Below, in pieces: positions 10,067-19,451 of a stretch of DNA of 64,000 nucleotides; the first letter of the stretch is position 1; every line of letters begins with the position of its first letter. The stretch spans positions 17,665-81,664 of the forward strand of contig CALXUE010000006.1 of NCBI GenBank assembly GCA_944391615.1. Reading direction: 5' to 3'. The notes beneath the pieces were generated by a model. It saw only the letters and a list, made by a program, of their open reading frames with translations. It was not told the DNA's origin and did not search any database. The translations under genes and the position numbers were made by a program. The stretch comes from an uncultured Alphaproteobacteria bacterium. GTDB taxonomy: Bacteria; Pseudomonadota; Alphaproteobacteria; RF32; CAG-239.

Positions 10067-10492
10067 TCATTTCAGCAACCACCGAATAGCCAAATAAGTA
10101 AAAAAGGAACAAATTACAAATACCCGCCAAAACCAATAAATAGCAATTTTTTCTTTTTTAGCAAAGCGATTAGCGCGATACATTTGTAATCCGGCTTCAA
10201 TTTCTTTTTGTTTTTCTCGAGCCCTTTCGGAAAGAATTTGAATTTTCCACAGAGCAGGAAGTCCCACCAAAGCCAAATAAACACTGAAGCCGATGTAACT
10301 CCAGTTAGGATAAAGAGAAACGGCTGCGAAAATAAAACAACCGGCACCGAAAGCCGGTAAAAAGCTGTTAAAAGCATAAGAATTTCGTTGCGACTTTAAA
10401 TCAAATTGCTTAATGGAGTAAAAAATCCAAAAAGAAAACCAACCGCAAACAATGGCTGTTAACACCAGAATAATAAAAATGAGATATTCCAT
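10067..10492 (-). CDS. Hypothetical small membrane protein
   Basis: The probable start is Met37 of the tracked ORF (MEYLIFIIL). Four hydrophobic segments are present; no recognisable family. Confidence 0.45.
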   Translation of the reverse strand: MEYLIFIILVLTAIVCGWFSFWIFYSIKQFDLKSQRNSYAFNSFLPAFGAGCFIFAAVSLYPNWSYIGFSVYLALVGLPALWKIQILSERAREKQKEIEAGLQMYRANRFAKKEKIAIYWFWRVFVICSFFTYLAIRWLLK

Positions 10493-10659
10493 AAGATAAT
10501 AAATTAATAATTTAACATTAAACAAAAGATATTTTATTTTTGACAAAATATCAAGCAATAATTCAAGTAGGCATGGCATAAACCTAAAAAAAACTTGCAA
10601 AAATTAACAGAGGTAATATATTCGCAGAAGAATAAACTAAATAAGATAAGGAGATAACA

Positions 10660-11709
10660 ATGCCTTTAGTAACAATGCGTCAAATACTTGACCATGCAGC
10701 AGAAAACAACTATGGTGTTCCTGCATTTAACATTAACGATATGGAACAAATTATCGCAGTTTTGCAGGCCGCAAAAAAAGTCAACGCTCCGGTGATTTTG
10801 CAAACATCAACCGGTGCCAGAAAATTTGCCGGCGACCCGATGATCCGCCACATGGTTCAAGCCGGAATAGAAATGTTTCCTGAGTTGCCGATTTGTATTC
10901 ACCAAGACCATGGTTCATCGGTAGATATCTGCCAGTCGGCAATAGTGAATGGCTATTCTTCAGTAATGATGGATGGCTCATTGGAAGCAGACGGCAAAAC
11001 TCCGTCATCATTTGAATATAACGTAAAAGTAACCAAAGAAGTCGTCGCCAGAGCCCACGCAGTTGGCGCCTCGGTTGAAGGTGAGTTAGGCGTAATTGGC
11101 TCTTTGGAAACCGGTAAGGGCGACAAAGAAGACGGTCACGGAGCTGAAGGCGTTATTGACAGAAAACGCTTGGTAACGGATCCGGATGAAGCCGCTAAGT
11201 TTGTTGCAGAAACCCACTTGGATGCATTGGCGGTTGCTGTTGGAACATCACATGGTGCATATAAGTTTACCCGTAAACCGGACGGAGAGATTTTGGCAAT
11301 AGACGTGATTGAAAAGATTCACAAAAAATTGCCGAACACACATATGGTTATGCATGGTTCATCATCCGTTCCGCAAGAGTTGCAAGATTTGATTAATGCA
11401 TATGGCGGCGCAATTCCGCAGACTTATGGTGTTCCGGTAGAAGAAATTGTCAGAGGCATCAAATCAGGTGTCCGCAAAGTTAACGTTGATACCGATTGCC
11501 GTATGGCCATCACAGGCGCAATTCGCAAAATTTTCAAAGAAAATCCAAAGGAATTTGACCCGCGCAAATACCTCAAACCAGCCATTGAAGAAATGCAAAA
11601 AGTTTGCGAATCTCGCTATATTGCATTTGGCGCAGCTGGTCATGCCGACCAAATCAAGGCCATTCCGATGTCTGAAATGGCAAAACGCTACGCAGCCGGA
11701 GAAATTTAA
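10660..11709 (+). CDS. fba: Fructose-bisphosphate aldolase, class II
   Basis: The sequence has class II Fba/CbbA signatures (ILDHAAENNYGVPAFN, metal-binding His residues, and so on). Confidence 0.85.
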   Translation: MPLVTMRQILDHAAENNYGVPAFNINDMEQIIAVLQAAKKVNAPVILQTSTGARKFAGDPMIRHMVQAGIEMFPELPICIHQDHGSSVDICQSAIVNGYSSVMMDGSLEADGKTPSSFEYNVKVTKEVVARAHAVGASVEGELGVIGSLETGKGDKEDGHGAEGVIDRKRLVTDPDEAAKFVAETHLDALAVAVGTSHGAYKFTRKPDGEILAIDVIEKIHKKLPNTHMVMHGSSSVPQELQDLINAYGGAIPQTYGVPVEEIVRGIKSGVRKVNVDTDCRMAITGAIRKIFKENPKEFDPRKYLKPAIEEMQKVCESRYIAFGAAGHADQIKAIPMSEMAKRYAAGEI

Positions 11710-11732
11710 TAACTTGAAGTTATTAAAAAGAA

Positions 11733-11762
11733 AAAGCCTCAGTTTAAGGACTGAGGCTTATT
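11733..11762 (+). terminator. Rho-independent terminator after fba
   Basis: AGCCTCAGT-ttaagg-ACTGAGGCT is followed by TATTTATT. Confidence 0.6.
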
Positions 11763-11789
11763 TATTATCACAAAAGAGAAAGAAAGGGG

Positions 11790-11930
11790 AGTAAAGAGGC
11801 CGGTATTAGGGGGACCGGCCTCACGAGTAAGGCTGTCGGTGAGTTTAAAACCGGAGCAGCCTTTCTCTGAAAGCGGTAGACCATTTTTTATTTGGAGCTT
11901 CGACTAAGGTCTATGAATCCGCTTTTTTGA
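11790..11930 (+). ncRNA. Candidate structured small RNA (unclassified)
   Basis: There is no ORF here. Consecutive strong hairpins (GGCCGGT..ACCGGCC; AGGCTG..CAGCCT; GCGGTAGACC..GGTCTA..CCGC) end in a T-run (GCTTTTTTG) that resembles an intrinsic terminator. It matches none of the RNA families I can recall. Confidence 0.25.
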
Positions 11931-12095
11931 GAATAGGATTAAAATAGCTCTCTCATAGTTCGACATAAACTTATAACAATTTCGATATTTTGTCAATATA
12001 AAATTTAAATAAAAAGAGAGCTAATAAACTGAAAAAAAGAATAAAAGCTCTCTAAGTTATTGAATCTTCAAACGAAATATTTTTAAAATTTTGGT

Positions 12096-12602
12096 CTATT
12101 TTTCTTTGGACTCGCAGCAGCCATGCTCCATATCCCGAATATAATCAAATAATTCTTGCTCATGCTCGATTTCGTCTTCCAAAATCTCGCGTGCCAGATG
12201 AAAAGTAACAAAATCCTTGCCCTCTGTCATTTCACAAATTTTTTGATATCTTGCCACAGCACAACGTTCCGCTGTCAAATTTTGCTCCAAGAGCTTGCAA
12301 ACGCAAGGATTTTTAGGTTCGTCATATTTGCATTCGGCAGTTTTTTCCCACAAATTAGGGTTAATAAGAGGAACGCCGCCAAGTTGTCCGATTCGTTTAG
12401 CCAACTTTTCAGCATGTTCAAGTTCTTCTTTTGCATGCTCCATAAACTCATCCGCCACGGCATGACGTAAAACCCCGACAGCTAAGTGAGACCCAATCCA
12501 ATATTGATAATAAGCCAACCATTCTTCGGCAAAGGCCACATTAAGCATATCAATGAGTTTAGAATTATCGGAATTAGTAATTTTAATTGCCATTTGAGCC
12601 AT
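12096..12602 (-). CDS. bfr: Bacterioferritin/ferritin-like di-iron protein
   Basis: The start is at MAQMAIK with a strong SD (AAGGAGAG). ExxH ferritin-like di-iron ligands are present (EELEHAEK, EDEIEHEQE). Confidence 0.65.
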   Translation of the reverse strand: MAQMAIKITNSDNSKLIDMLNVAFAEEWLAYYQYWIGSHLAVGVLRHAVADEFMEHAKEELEHAEKLAKRIGQLGGVPLINPNLWEKTAECKYDEPKNPCVCKLLEQNLTAERCAVARYQKICEMTEGKDFVTFHLAREILEDEIEHEQELFDYIRDMEHGCCESKEK

Positions 12603-12736
12603 TTTTTCTCTCCTTAAAATAAATATCATCAAGAGAGATAATCACCATTTAATAAAAAACAACCAATAGCCATAATTTTAATATTAATTTAAGCCCAAAG
12701 GAATAATATAAAACCAAAAATAACAAGGAGGAACAA

Positions 12737-13375
12737 ATGGTCAAAATAGCCCCGAGCATATTATCAGCAGATTTTGCCAACTTAGAGGCAGAGCTAAAAG
12801 CCTTGGAAGAATCCGGAGCCGATATGGTGCATCTGGATGTAATGGATGGACATTTTGTGCCGAATTTGACCTTTGGCGCGCCGGTGATTAAAAAATTACG
12901 TCCCCACACATCATTGCCCTTTGATGTACACTTGATGGTAACAAATCCTGAAGCGATGCTAGAGGCAATGGCCGATGCAGGGGCCGATATCATCACCGTA
13001 CACGCTGAAACAGCACCACACCTTGACCGATTGCTGGATGAAATCAGAGAGCTGGGCTGCAAGGCCGGCGTTTCACTAAACCCATCCACGCCGGAAGAAG
13101 TCTTAAATTATGTACTGGAAAAAATAGACCAGATATTAATTATGAGTGTCAACCCAGGTTTTGGCGGTCAAAGTTTTATCGAAAGTCAGTTGGAAAAAAT
13201 ACAACGTGTTAAAGAGCTGATTGCCGGCAGAGATATTGAAATAGAGGTCGATGGCGGCATAAATCCGTCAACCGCGAAAAGCTGTATCGAGGCCGGAGCT
13301 GATATTTTGGTTGCCGGTACATCCGTTTTTAGAGGCGAGGGTGATTATCAAGAGAATATGGACGCCTTAAGATAA
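12737..13375 (+). CDS. rpe: Ribulose-phosphate 3-epimerase
   Basis: MVKIAPSILSADFANL...HLDVMDGHFVPNLTFG is the canonical Rpe sequence. Confidence 0.9.
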   Translation: MVKIAPSILSADFANLEAELKALEESGADMVHLDVMDGHFVPNLTFGAPVIKKLRPHTSLPFDVHLMVTNPEAMLEAMADAGADIITVHAETAPHLDRLLDEIRELGCKAGVSLNPSTPEEVLNYVLEKIDQILIMSVNPGFGGQSFIESQLEKIQRVKELIAGRDIEIEVDGGINPSTAKSCIEAGADILVAGTSVFRGEGDYQENMDALR

Positions 13376-13428
13376 ATTTAACGGACGATGTCATAAAATT
13401 AGCACAATGAAGTATCCGGAGAATAAAA

Positions 13429-14145
13429 ATGTCTAAACTCATAATGCTGGTAGAAGATGAAGAAGCCCTGGCTTTGTTGCTGAAATATAATCTTGAAAAA
13501 GAAGGTTTTTCCGTTCAACATGTCAACAGAGGCGGTATCGCCATAAGCGAGATAGAAAAAAATCAACCATCGGTAATCATATTGGATTGGATGCTGCCGG
13601 AGATGTCTGGTGTAGAAATATGCAAGTTAATACGCTCCAAACCGGATATAAAAAATATTCCGGTCATAATGCTAACCGCCAAAGGAGAAGAGGAAGACAA
13701 AATCAAAGGTTTGACGGCCGGCGCAGATGATTATGTCACCAAACCGTTTTCCGTTCCCGAATTAATTGCAAGAGTAAAAGCACAGTTAAGAAGAGCCCCT
13801 GAGCCCTCAACGGCCAAGGCACTTGACTTTGAAGACATCCATATGGATTTGGTGGAGAAAAAAGTCTTTCGTAATGGCGTGTTCATTCATTTAGGCCCAA
13901 CAGAGTTTCGTTTGCTCAAAATGTTAATGGAAACCCCCAACAAAGTTCACTCAAGGGAGAGTCTCCTAAAAAATGTATGGGGAGATAATATTTATGTTGA
14001 ATCACGCACGGTAGATGTTCATATTCGCCGTTTAAGAAAATCACTTAATGAACATGGTCCTGATTATATCCGTACGGTCAGAGCCACAGGTTATTCACTT
14101 GATAAAAGTGCCGCAGCCGAAAATGCCGCCACGGGAGAAATATAA
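13429..14145 (+). CDS. Two-component response regulator, OmpR/PhoB family (PhoB-like)
   Basis: It has a receiver domain with the phospho-acceptor Asp (ILDWMLPEMSG) and a winged-helix C-terminus (RTVRATGYSL). Confidence 0.8.
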   Translation: MSKLIMLVEDEEALALLLKYNLEKEGFSVQHVNRGGIAISEIEKNQPSVIILDWMLPEMSGVEICKLIRSKPDIKNIPVIMLTAKGEEEDKIKGLTAGADDYVTKPFSVPELIARVKAQLRRAPEPSTAKALDFEDIHMDLVEKKVFRNGVFIHLGPTEFRLLKMLMETPNKVHSRESLLKNVWGDNIYVESRTVDVHIRRLRKSLNEHGPDYIRTVRATGYSLDKSAAAENAATGEI

Positions 14146-14185
14146 TAAAAAAAAGAGCAGCCCAACAAAGCTGCTCTTAAAAAGA

Positions 14186-14884
14186 TTAACAAATAATACT
14201 GTTAGAAAAGTTCAAACCAATCGGCTCAATAAAAAGGCCGATTTCAGCCGAATTTTTTAATTGCCAAAAATTTTGTTTGAATTTGAAAACCTCATTAACC
14301 TGAATATCTTCACACTCAAAAGAAAAATCTATCCCATTATTAATGAAGGGGAGTTCAAACAGCTTAGATTCACAAAAAAATGCCGGCACAATGCAATAAC
14401 TATCCGTATCCCAGTTAACAATACGCCAGGCATAAGTCAAAAAACACCTAAATATACCTTGCACATAAATCTGCGTAAAGGCAAAAATATTGTTTTCTGA
14501 CCATCCCAAAGATTGCACATAAGATTCCAGCAAAGCTTGAGAGTTGATAATCAGCACATTAAAGATTTTTTCTCCGTCAAAAAAATACATATGATTTTGA
14601 TAAGAAAAAGCCGTCCCTTTGTGGATCAAAGAAATTTGAAAGACTTCGCCAATCTGAGAAGTATAAGCAGCATCCTGAGCAAACACCGGCAAAAAGTTCA
14701 TCGTCTCGTTAGGCAATAATTCAGCCCACAAAGCGAACACGCCGATATCAGAAGAAGCCAGAATTAAAGCCACTCGCTTTGGCGTTTTGTCTCCGAGAGA
14801 GGAAAAATAAAGTTGAGCAATATTTTTTGAGGCCCGAAACAAACATTGATCATAAGCAGGTCTGATAAATTCAAAGTTTTTCAT
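14186..14884 (-). CDS. Hypothetical protein, tandem paralog of 14897-15559, distal gene of the motAB operon
   Basis: It shares a CLFxxxKxxxxYF N-terminal block and a similar length with the upstream gene. No known domain recognised. Confidence 0.5.
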   Translation of the reverse strand: MKNFEFIRPAYDQCLFRASKNIAQLYFSSLGDKTPKRVALILASSDIGVFALWAELLPNETMNFLPVFAQDAAYTSQIGEVFQISLIHKGTAFSYQNHMYFFDGEKIFNVLIINSQALLESYVQSLGWSENNIFAFTQIYVQGIFRCFLTYAWRIVNWDTDSYCIVPAFFCESKLFELPFINNGIDFSFECEDIQVNEVFKFKQNFWQLKNSAEIGLFIEPIGLNFSNSIIC

Positions 14885-14896
14885 AGTTAAACAGAT

Positions 14897-15559
14897 TTAG
14901 GATTTAACAACAGACAAAGGCGAGAGAACCAGCTCAACCCAACCTTTATCATTCACTTTAGCCATCCAAATTTCGTCATTATGACGATAGATCTCTCCGC
15001 AAGAAAATTCTTGATACCCAAACTCCAATGGGCCGCAAATTCCGCCTTTAGAGTGCCTGAGTTTAAGATATTCATCATCAAACACCGGCAAATAAAACTC
15101 TTGCTTAAGGTTTTCCTCATCAAAAACCCATTCCAGAGCCAGAACTTTATTCAAATACAAAACTTTGACCAAACGCAAATCAACCGGCATCAAACCGGAA
15201 GATAGGGCATAAGCGGTCACAATTTCTTGTGTTCCCAAAATTTTGCATTTCCAAATAGCCTCATTTTCAAACTTAAAGAGATGCGCCCCAAACATAAAAT
15301 ATTGACTGCTTTTAAGTTCCTGTTGCGGATAAATTCTTTTATCTTGAAACATCAATGCGTTCATTTTGAATGCCGGATAAAAGAAAGTCCCGCCTTCTGT
15401 CAGAATTTTCCAAGCTAAAGCAGGGGTAACTTTTTCGATTTTAACCAAAAAAAGCTGCACAATAACCTGAGAAAACTGAAGCCGAAAATAATTTTCAACT
15501 GTACTTTTCCGTCCTTGAAATAAACAAATTTCAGAGGCAGAAACAAAGAAAGTATCCAT
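14897..15559 (-). CDS. Hypothetical protein, tandem paralog of 14186-14884
   Basis: The probable start is Met31 of the tracked ORF (MDTFFVSASEICLFQGRK). It lies between motB and its paralog on the same strand. Confidence 0.5.
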   Translation of the reverse strand: MDTFFVSASEICLFQGRKSTVENYFRLQFSQVIVQLFLVKIEKVTPALAWKILTEGGTFFYPAFKMNALMFQDKRIYPQQELKSSQYFMFGAHLFKFENEAIWKCKILGTQEIVTAYALSSGLMPVDLRLVKVLYLNKVLALEWVFDEENLKQEFYLPVFDDEYLKLRHSKGGICGPLEFGYQEFSCGEIYRHNDEIWMAKVNDKGWVELVLSPLSVVKS

Positions 15560-15695
15560 AAATATATAAATTAATAGTAAAACAATAAAATAATTAATTT
15601 TAAGATATAATAAAATAAACCGCGCAAAAGAGTCAATAATGATAAACAAAAAAACAGCGGTTTAAAAGGCCGCTGTTTGGTAAAAATAATACAAT

Positions 15696-16352
15696 TTAAT
15701 AAATTCTGGGCTCAATATGAATAACCACGCGTTGGTTTTTCAGTTGATTTTGAGGGATAGGTTCATTAAAAGGATCAAGATTAGGTAGCTTAGGCACATT
15801 ATCGGCAAATCCAACAATTTTAATTCGAGAATGAGCAATACCTCTGTCTTGCAAAAAGTTAGCCACAGAAGCCGCTCTGGCGGCAGACAATTCCCAGTTG
15901 GAAGCGTATTTGCTATTTGAAAAAGTTTTGTTGCTGGTGTGCCCTTCAATACTAAAATTAAATTTCAAATATCTGTCAGATTGGAGTGTTGCGGCAACTT
16001 TTTTCAAAATAGGAATAGCTTGAGGCTTAATTTCGGCAGAGCCTGTATCAAAAAAGGTATCGCCGCCGAATTCCAAAACAACCCCCTGCGTATCACTACC
16101 TAAAGAAACTTTGTCAGAAGCATCCAAAGACTGAATGTCATCAGCCAATTCCACCATCATCATTTCAATCGGGCGCTGCACATCAGCTTTACCGACACCT
16201 TCCTGCATGCCAGCTTGGATTTGTTCATACTTAGCTTGGTCAACACTGGATGCGGCCACCATCATGACAAAGAAGCACAGAAGCAATGTCACCATGTCAC
16301 CATAAGTGTCCTGCCAAGAGCTGTCGATTTGAACTTCTTTTTTTTCTTTCAT
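15696..16352 (-). CDS. motB: Flagellar motor stator protein MotB (OmpA-like C-terminal domain)
   Basis: It has an N-terminal transmembrane segment with the conserved Asp (DTYGDMVTLLLCFF) and a C-terminal OmpA-like peptidoglycan-binding domain. It lies immediately downstream of motA. Confidence 0.8.
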   Translation of the reverse strand: MKEKKEVQIDSSWQDTYGDMVTLLLCFFVMMVAASSVDQAKYEQIQAGMQEGVGKADVQRPIEMMMVELADDIQSLDASDKVSLGSDTQGVVLEFGGDTFFDTGSAEIKPQAIPILKKVAATLQSDRYLKFNFSIEGHTSNKTFSNSKYASNWELSAARAASVANFLQDRGIAHSRIKIVGFADNVPKLPNLDPFNEPIPQNQLKNQRVVIHIEPRIY

Positions 16353-16366
16353 GAAAAGGCTCCCAA

Positions 16367-17188
16367 TTAGTTGGCTGAAGCGGAAGTGTCTTTGTTCATA
16401 TCGCGGTCAATCAAGAATTGGTCTTTAACATCCACAAAGGAATTAAGTTTGTCTTGAATATAGCGCGGGCTTTTTCTTTCAGCAAGCAAGACCAAACCAT
16501 CCATCTGAATATTATTAATAAGTTCGGTTCTGTCATAGCGGGCATTCATTTTGGTCGCCATAGGAATACAGAACAAGCGTGCCAGAATAACGCCATAGAA
16601 AGTAGTAATCAAAGCCACGGCCATACTCGGACCGATAGAAGCCGGATCGCCGCTCATGTTGCTAAGCATAATCACCAAACCGATAAGCGTACCGAGCATA
16701 CCATAAGCCGGAGCATCACCCCCCATTTTCATCAAGGCAGCCGTAGCAATACGATTACGATTCGATTGTTCTTCCAACATATGTTCCAAAATTTGGCGAA
16801 TTTCAGTTCCGGTGTAGCCGGTCACCACCAAATCAGCCCCATAAGCAAGAAAAGGATTTTCCTGGCGCAAGGTTTCAGTAACTTCATTTTCCAGACCTTG
16901 TAAGCCGTTTTTCTGTACGGTATAACCCCATTTGACGATTCGCCCAACTTCATCTTTAAGAGAAGCATTCATATCGCGATATTTTTTGAAAGGCTTAAGA
17001 ATAGTTTTTAGGGCATCAATAGCGACCTTTGTTTCATAGGATATAAAACAAGTCACGACCGTTCCGCCCACGACGATGATAACACTCGGAACATCAAAAA
17101 AAGCCATAGGTCTGTCGGTCGCGGTAACAATAGAGCCCAACACCGTACAAATACCCAAAATAAAAGCAACAATAGTACCTAACGACAT
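16367..17188 (-). CDS. motA: Flagellar motor stator protein MotA
   Basis: It belongs to the MotA/TolQ/ExbB proton-channel family (GTLIGLVIML...PSMAVALITTFYGV) and is paired with motB. Confidence 0.8.
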   Translation of the reverse strand: MSLGTIVAFILGICTVLGSIVTATDRPMAFFDVPSVIIVVGGTVVTCFISYETKVAIDALKTILKPFKKYRDMNASLKDEVGRIVKWGYTVQKNGLQGLENEVTETLRQENPFLAYGADLVVTGYTGTEIRQILEHMLEEQSNRNRIATAALMKMGGDAPAYGMLGTLIGLVIMLSNMSGDPASIGPSMAVALITTFYGVILARLFCIPMATKMNARYDRTELINNIQMDGLVLLAERKSPRYIQDKLNSFVDVKDQFLIDRDMNKDTSASAN

Positions 17189-17269
17189 TAGTAAAAATCC
17201 TCAAATAACACGTTAGATACTATTGTAAGCAAAAAAAGTTAAACAAAGGTTATTTTATAAAAGCGATAA

Positions 17270-17833
17270 TTATTTTTTTAGGTTAGCTTTAACATAAGCC
17301 AGGGCGGCATGCTCTTCGCAATAAGTCTGTCCGATTTTAACCTTTTTTCCGCAGAAATGAAAATTTTCGTCTTTGGGGTCGCCGATGGGCCAACGACAAG
17401 TATGGTTGTCCAAATCGACCAAACGTGTAAACCCTTCTTTCGAACCTTCGTGTTTGTAGCTGAAATTGAAGTTGAAATTTTCTTTGAAATCTTTTTTTTC
17501 CGATTCCAAAGGTTTTTTTTCCGGAGAGACTTTCTCCGGTTGAGCTAACTTTTTTTCTGTGCTCTCCGCTTGATTGGCAACCTGTTTGTCAATAGTTTTG
17601 GCCTCAGCTTTAGATTCGGGCTTAGATGTAGGTTTAGGAGCGGCGGGTTTAGCCGGAGTTGCGCCTTTCTTTTTGATAGGAGAGGGGCGACCAGATAGTC
17701 CCAAACGATGAACCTTCCCGACAATAGAGTTTTTTGAAACACCGAGTCTTCTGCCGATTTCGCCGGTCGTCAGACCATCTTTCCACATTTGTTTCAAGTC
17801 TTCAACCATCTTATCTGTCCAAGCCATATTCAA
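17270..17833 (-). CDS. gcrA: Cell-cycle regulator GcrA
   Basis: The N-terminus MAWTDKMVEDLKQMWKDGLTTGEIGRRLGVSKNSIVGKVHRLGL and the C-terminal CRWPIGDP...FCG match the alphaproteobacterial GcrA hallmarks. Confidence 0.85.
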   Translation of the reverse strand: MNMAWTDKMVEDLKQMWKDGLTTGEIGRRLGVSKNSIVGKVHRLGLSGRPSPIKKKGATPAKPAAPKPTSKPESKAEAKTIDKQVANQAESTEKKLAQPEKVSPEKKPLESEKKDFKENFNFNFSYKHEGSKEGFTRLVDLDNHTCRWPIGDPKDENFHFCGKKVKIGQTYCEEHAALAYVKANLKK

Positions 17834-17986
17834 ACTCCTTACAAAACTAACAAACCAAGAATGCCCTATTGTAAGAGAATATTTCTTTCGAGTCCAGCCC
17901 CATTATGCATAGAAAAGCGTTTTTTTATATTTTTTTAAGAAAAATAAGCCTATATTTTATGCAAGATAATATAAAAGGAGAAGAAA

Positions 17987-19441
17987 ATGAAAACTTTCGG
18001 TTGTTGCTGTAGTGTTATAAGCGCATTGATGCTGACGACAAACTTATGCGCGGCAGAAACAAAAATAGATTTGTCTGCAAGGAACAATTTGCATTTGAGC
18101 ATCTATAACTCAGGCTTTGCCTTTGTGAGCGACAGCCGTACGGCTAATCTTGATAAGGGGCTTCATCAAATAGCCTTTGAAGGAGTCTCTTCGGAACTAA
18201 TGCCGGAAACCGCGATGATACAAGGTGAAGGATTAAGCGTTTTAGAACAAAATTATAATTATAATTTGATAACCCCGCAAAACATACTCGAAAATTCGGT
18301 CGGGAAAAAAGTCAAAACCGCCTTGTACAATGAAAAAACCGGAGAAGTCCAATATGATGAGGCGGTAATATTGGAAGCCAGCCACGGCAACCCGGTCTTA
18401 GAGTTTGATTATGGAATAGAAACATCTTTTCCGGGACGCATAATTTATAGTGAGATTCCGGCAGGCTTGCGCCAAGAACCCACATTGGTGATAGATGCGA
18501 AGGTGCAAAAATCCGGCCACCAAAATGTAGAGTTGGATTATATCTCTAACGGCTTAAATTGGAAAACAGATTATGTTGCAGAAGTTAAATCCGATAAAAG
18601 ACTCAAATTAAAAAGCTTGGTCAGCTTGAGCAACGAGAGTGGCATAGACTACAAAGATGCAACCGTACAGCTGATTTCGGGTAATGTCCAGAGAACCGCT
18701 CCGCAAGCACCAAGGGTTTATATGGCGCGTGCCGTTAAAGCCATGGCTAACGACGCAGTTATGATGGAAAGTGCAGCTAGCGGTATCAGTCAGGAGTCTT
18801 TTGCCGATTATTATCTTTATACCTTACCACAAAAAACAAGCTTGTTGAACAAACAAACCAAACAAGTTAGCTTAATGGATAAAGATAATGTTGAGTACAC
18901 AAAAGAATATCAACTTGAATCTCCACTATATTTAAGCTATGCCTCACGAGGATTAAATCAATATGAAAGACAACACCCCAGCATAACTTATAAATTAGAA
19001 AACAAAAAAGAGCTTGGTTTGGGTGAGGCCCTGCCAAATGGAACAGTACGCTTTTTTGAAGAAGACTCAAAAGGTAATATGCAGTTTATAGGAGAAGCTT
19101 TCTTACCGATGCTTCCGATTAATGAAAAAGCAGAACTCACAATCGGCACCGCTTTTGATATAACCATAAGCGGAAAAGTCACAGATTCAAAAGTCCTGTC
19201 TAAAGATAAACAAATAATCAAGGTTACACAAACCTTTAATAATGCAAAAGATGAAGAAGTTGAAGTTTTGTATCGCCAAAATTTTGCCGGTAATACAGGT
19301 TGGACAATTTCATCAGAAAATATTAAAGGTAAGAAAAAAAATAACACCACACAAGAATGGCTGATAACAATACCCGCTCAACAAAGTATGGAGCTGAGCT
19401 ATGAGGCCACACTAAATAATCTCAATCCACAAAATAATTGA
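17987..19441 (+). CDS. Secreted DUF4139-like protein
   Basis: It has a signal peptide. Its size and motifs (LHLSIYNSGFAFV...ELDYISNGLNWKTDY) are reminiscent of the DUF4139/MuiA-like family. Confidence 0.45.
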   Translation: MKTFGCCCSVISALMLTTNLCAAETKIDLSARNNLHLSIYNSGFAFVSDSRTANLDKGLHQIAFEGVSSELMPETAMIQGEGLSVLEQNYNYNLITPQNILENSVGKKVKTALYNEKTGEVQYDEAVILEASHGNPVLEFDYGIETSFPGRIIYSEIPAGLRQEPTLVIDAKVQKSGHQNVELDYISNGLNWKTDYVAEVKSDKRLKLKSLVSLSNESGIDYKDATVQLISGNVQRTAPQAPRVYMARAVKAMANDAVMMESAASGISQESFADYYLYTLPQKTSLLNKQTKQVSLMDKDNVEYTKEYQLESPLYLSYASRGLNQYERQHPSITYKLENKKELGLGEALPNGTVRFFEEDSKGNMQFIGEAFLPMLPINEKAELTIGTAFDITISGKVTDSKVLSKDKQIIKVTQTFNNAKDEEVEVLYRQNFAGNTGWTISSENIKGKKKNNTTQEWLITIPAQQSMELSYEATLNNLNPQNN

Positions 19442-19451
19442 GGACCTTGAG

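Noticed and set aside
11447-11794. ORF 11447-11794 overlapping the 3' end of fba
   Set aside because: It is an alternative frame of fba plus the terminator region, with no RBS. It is spurious.
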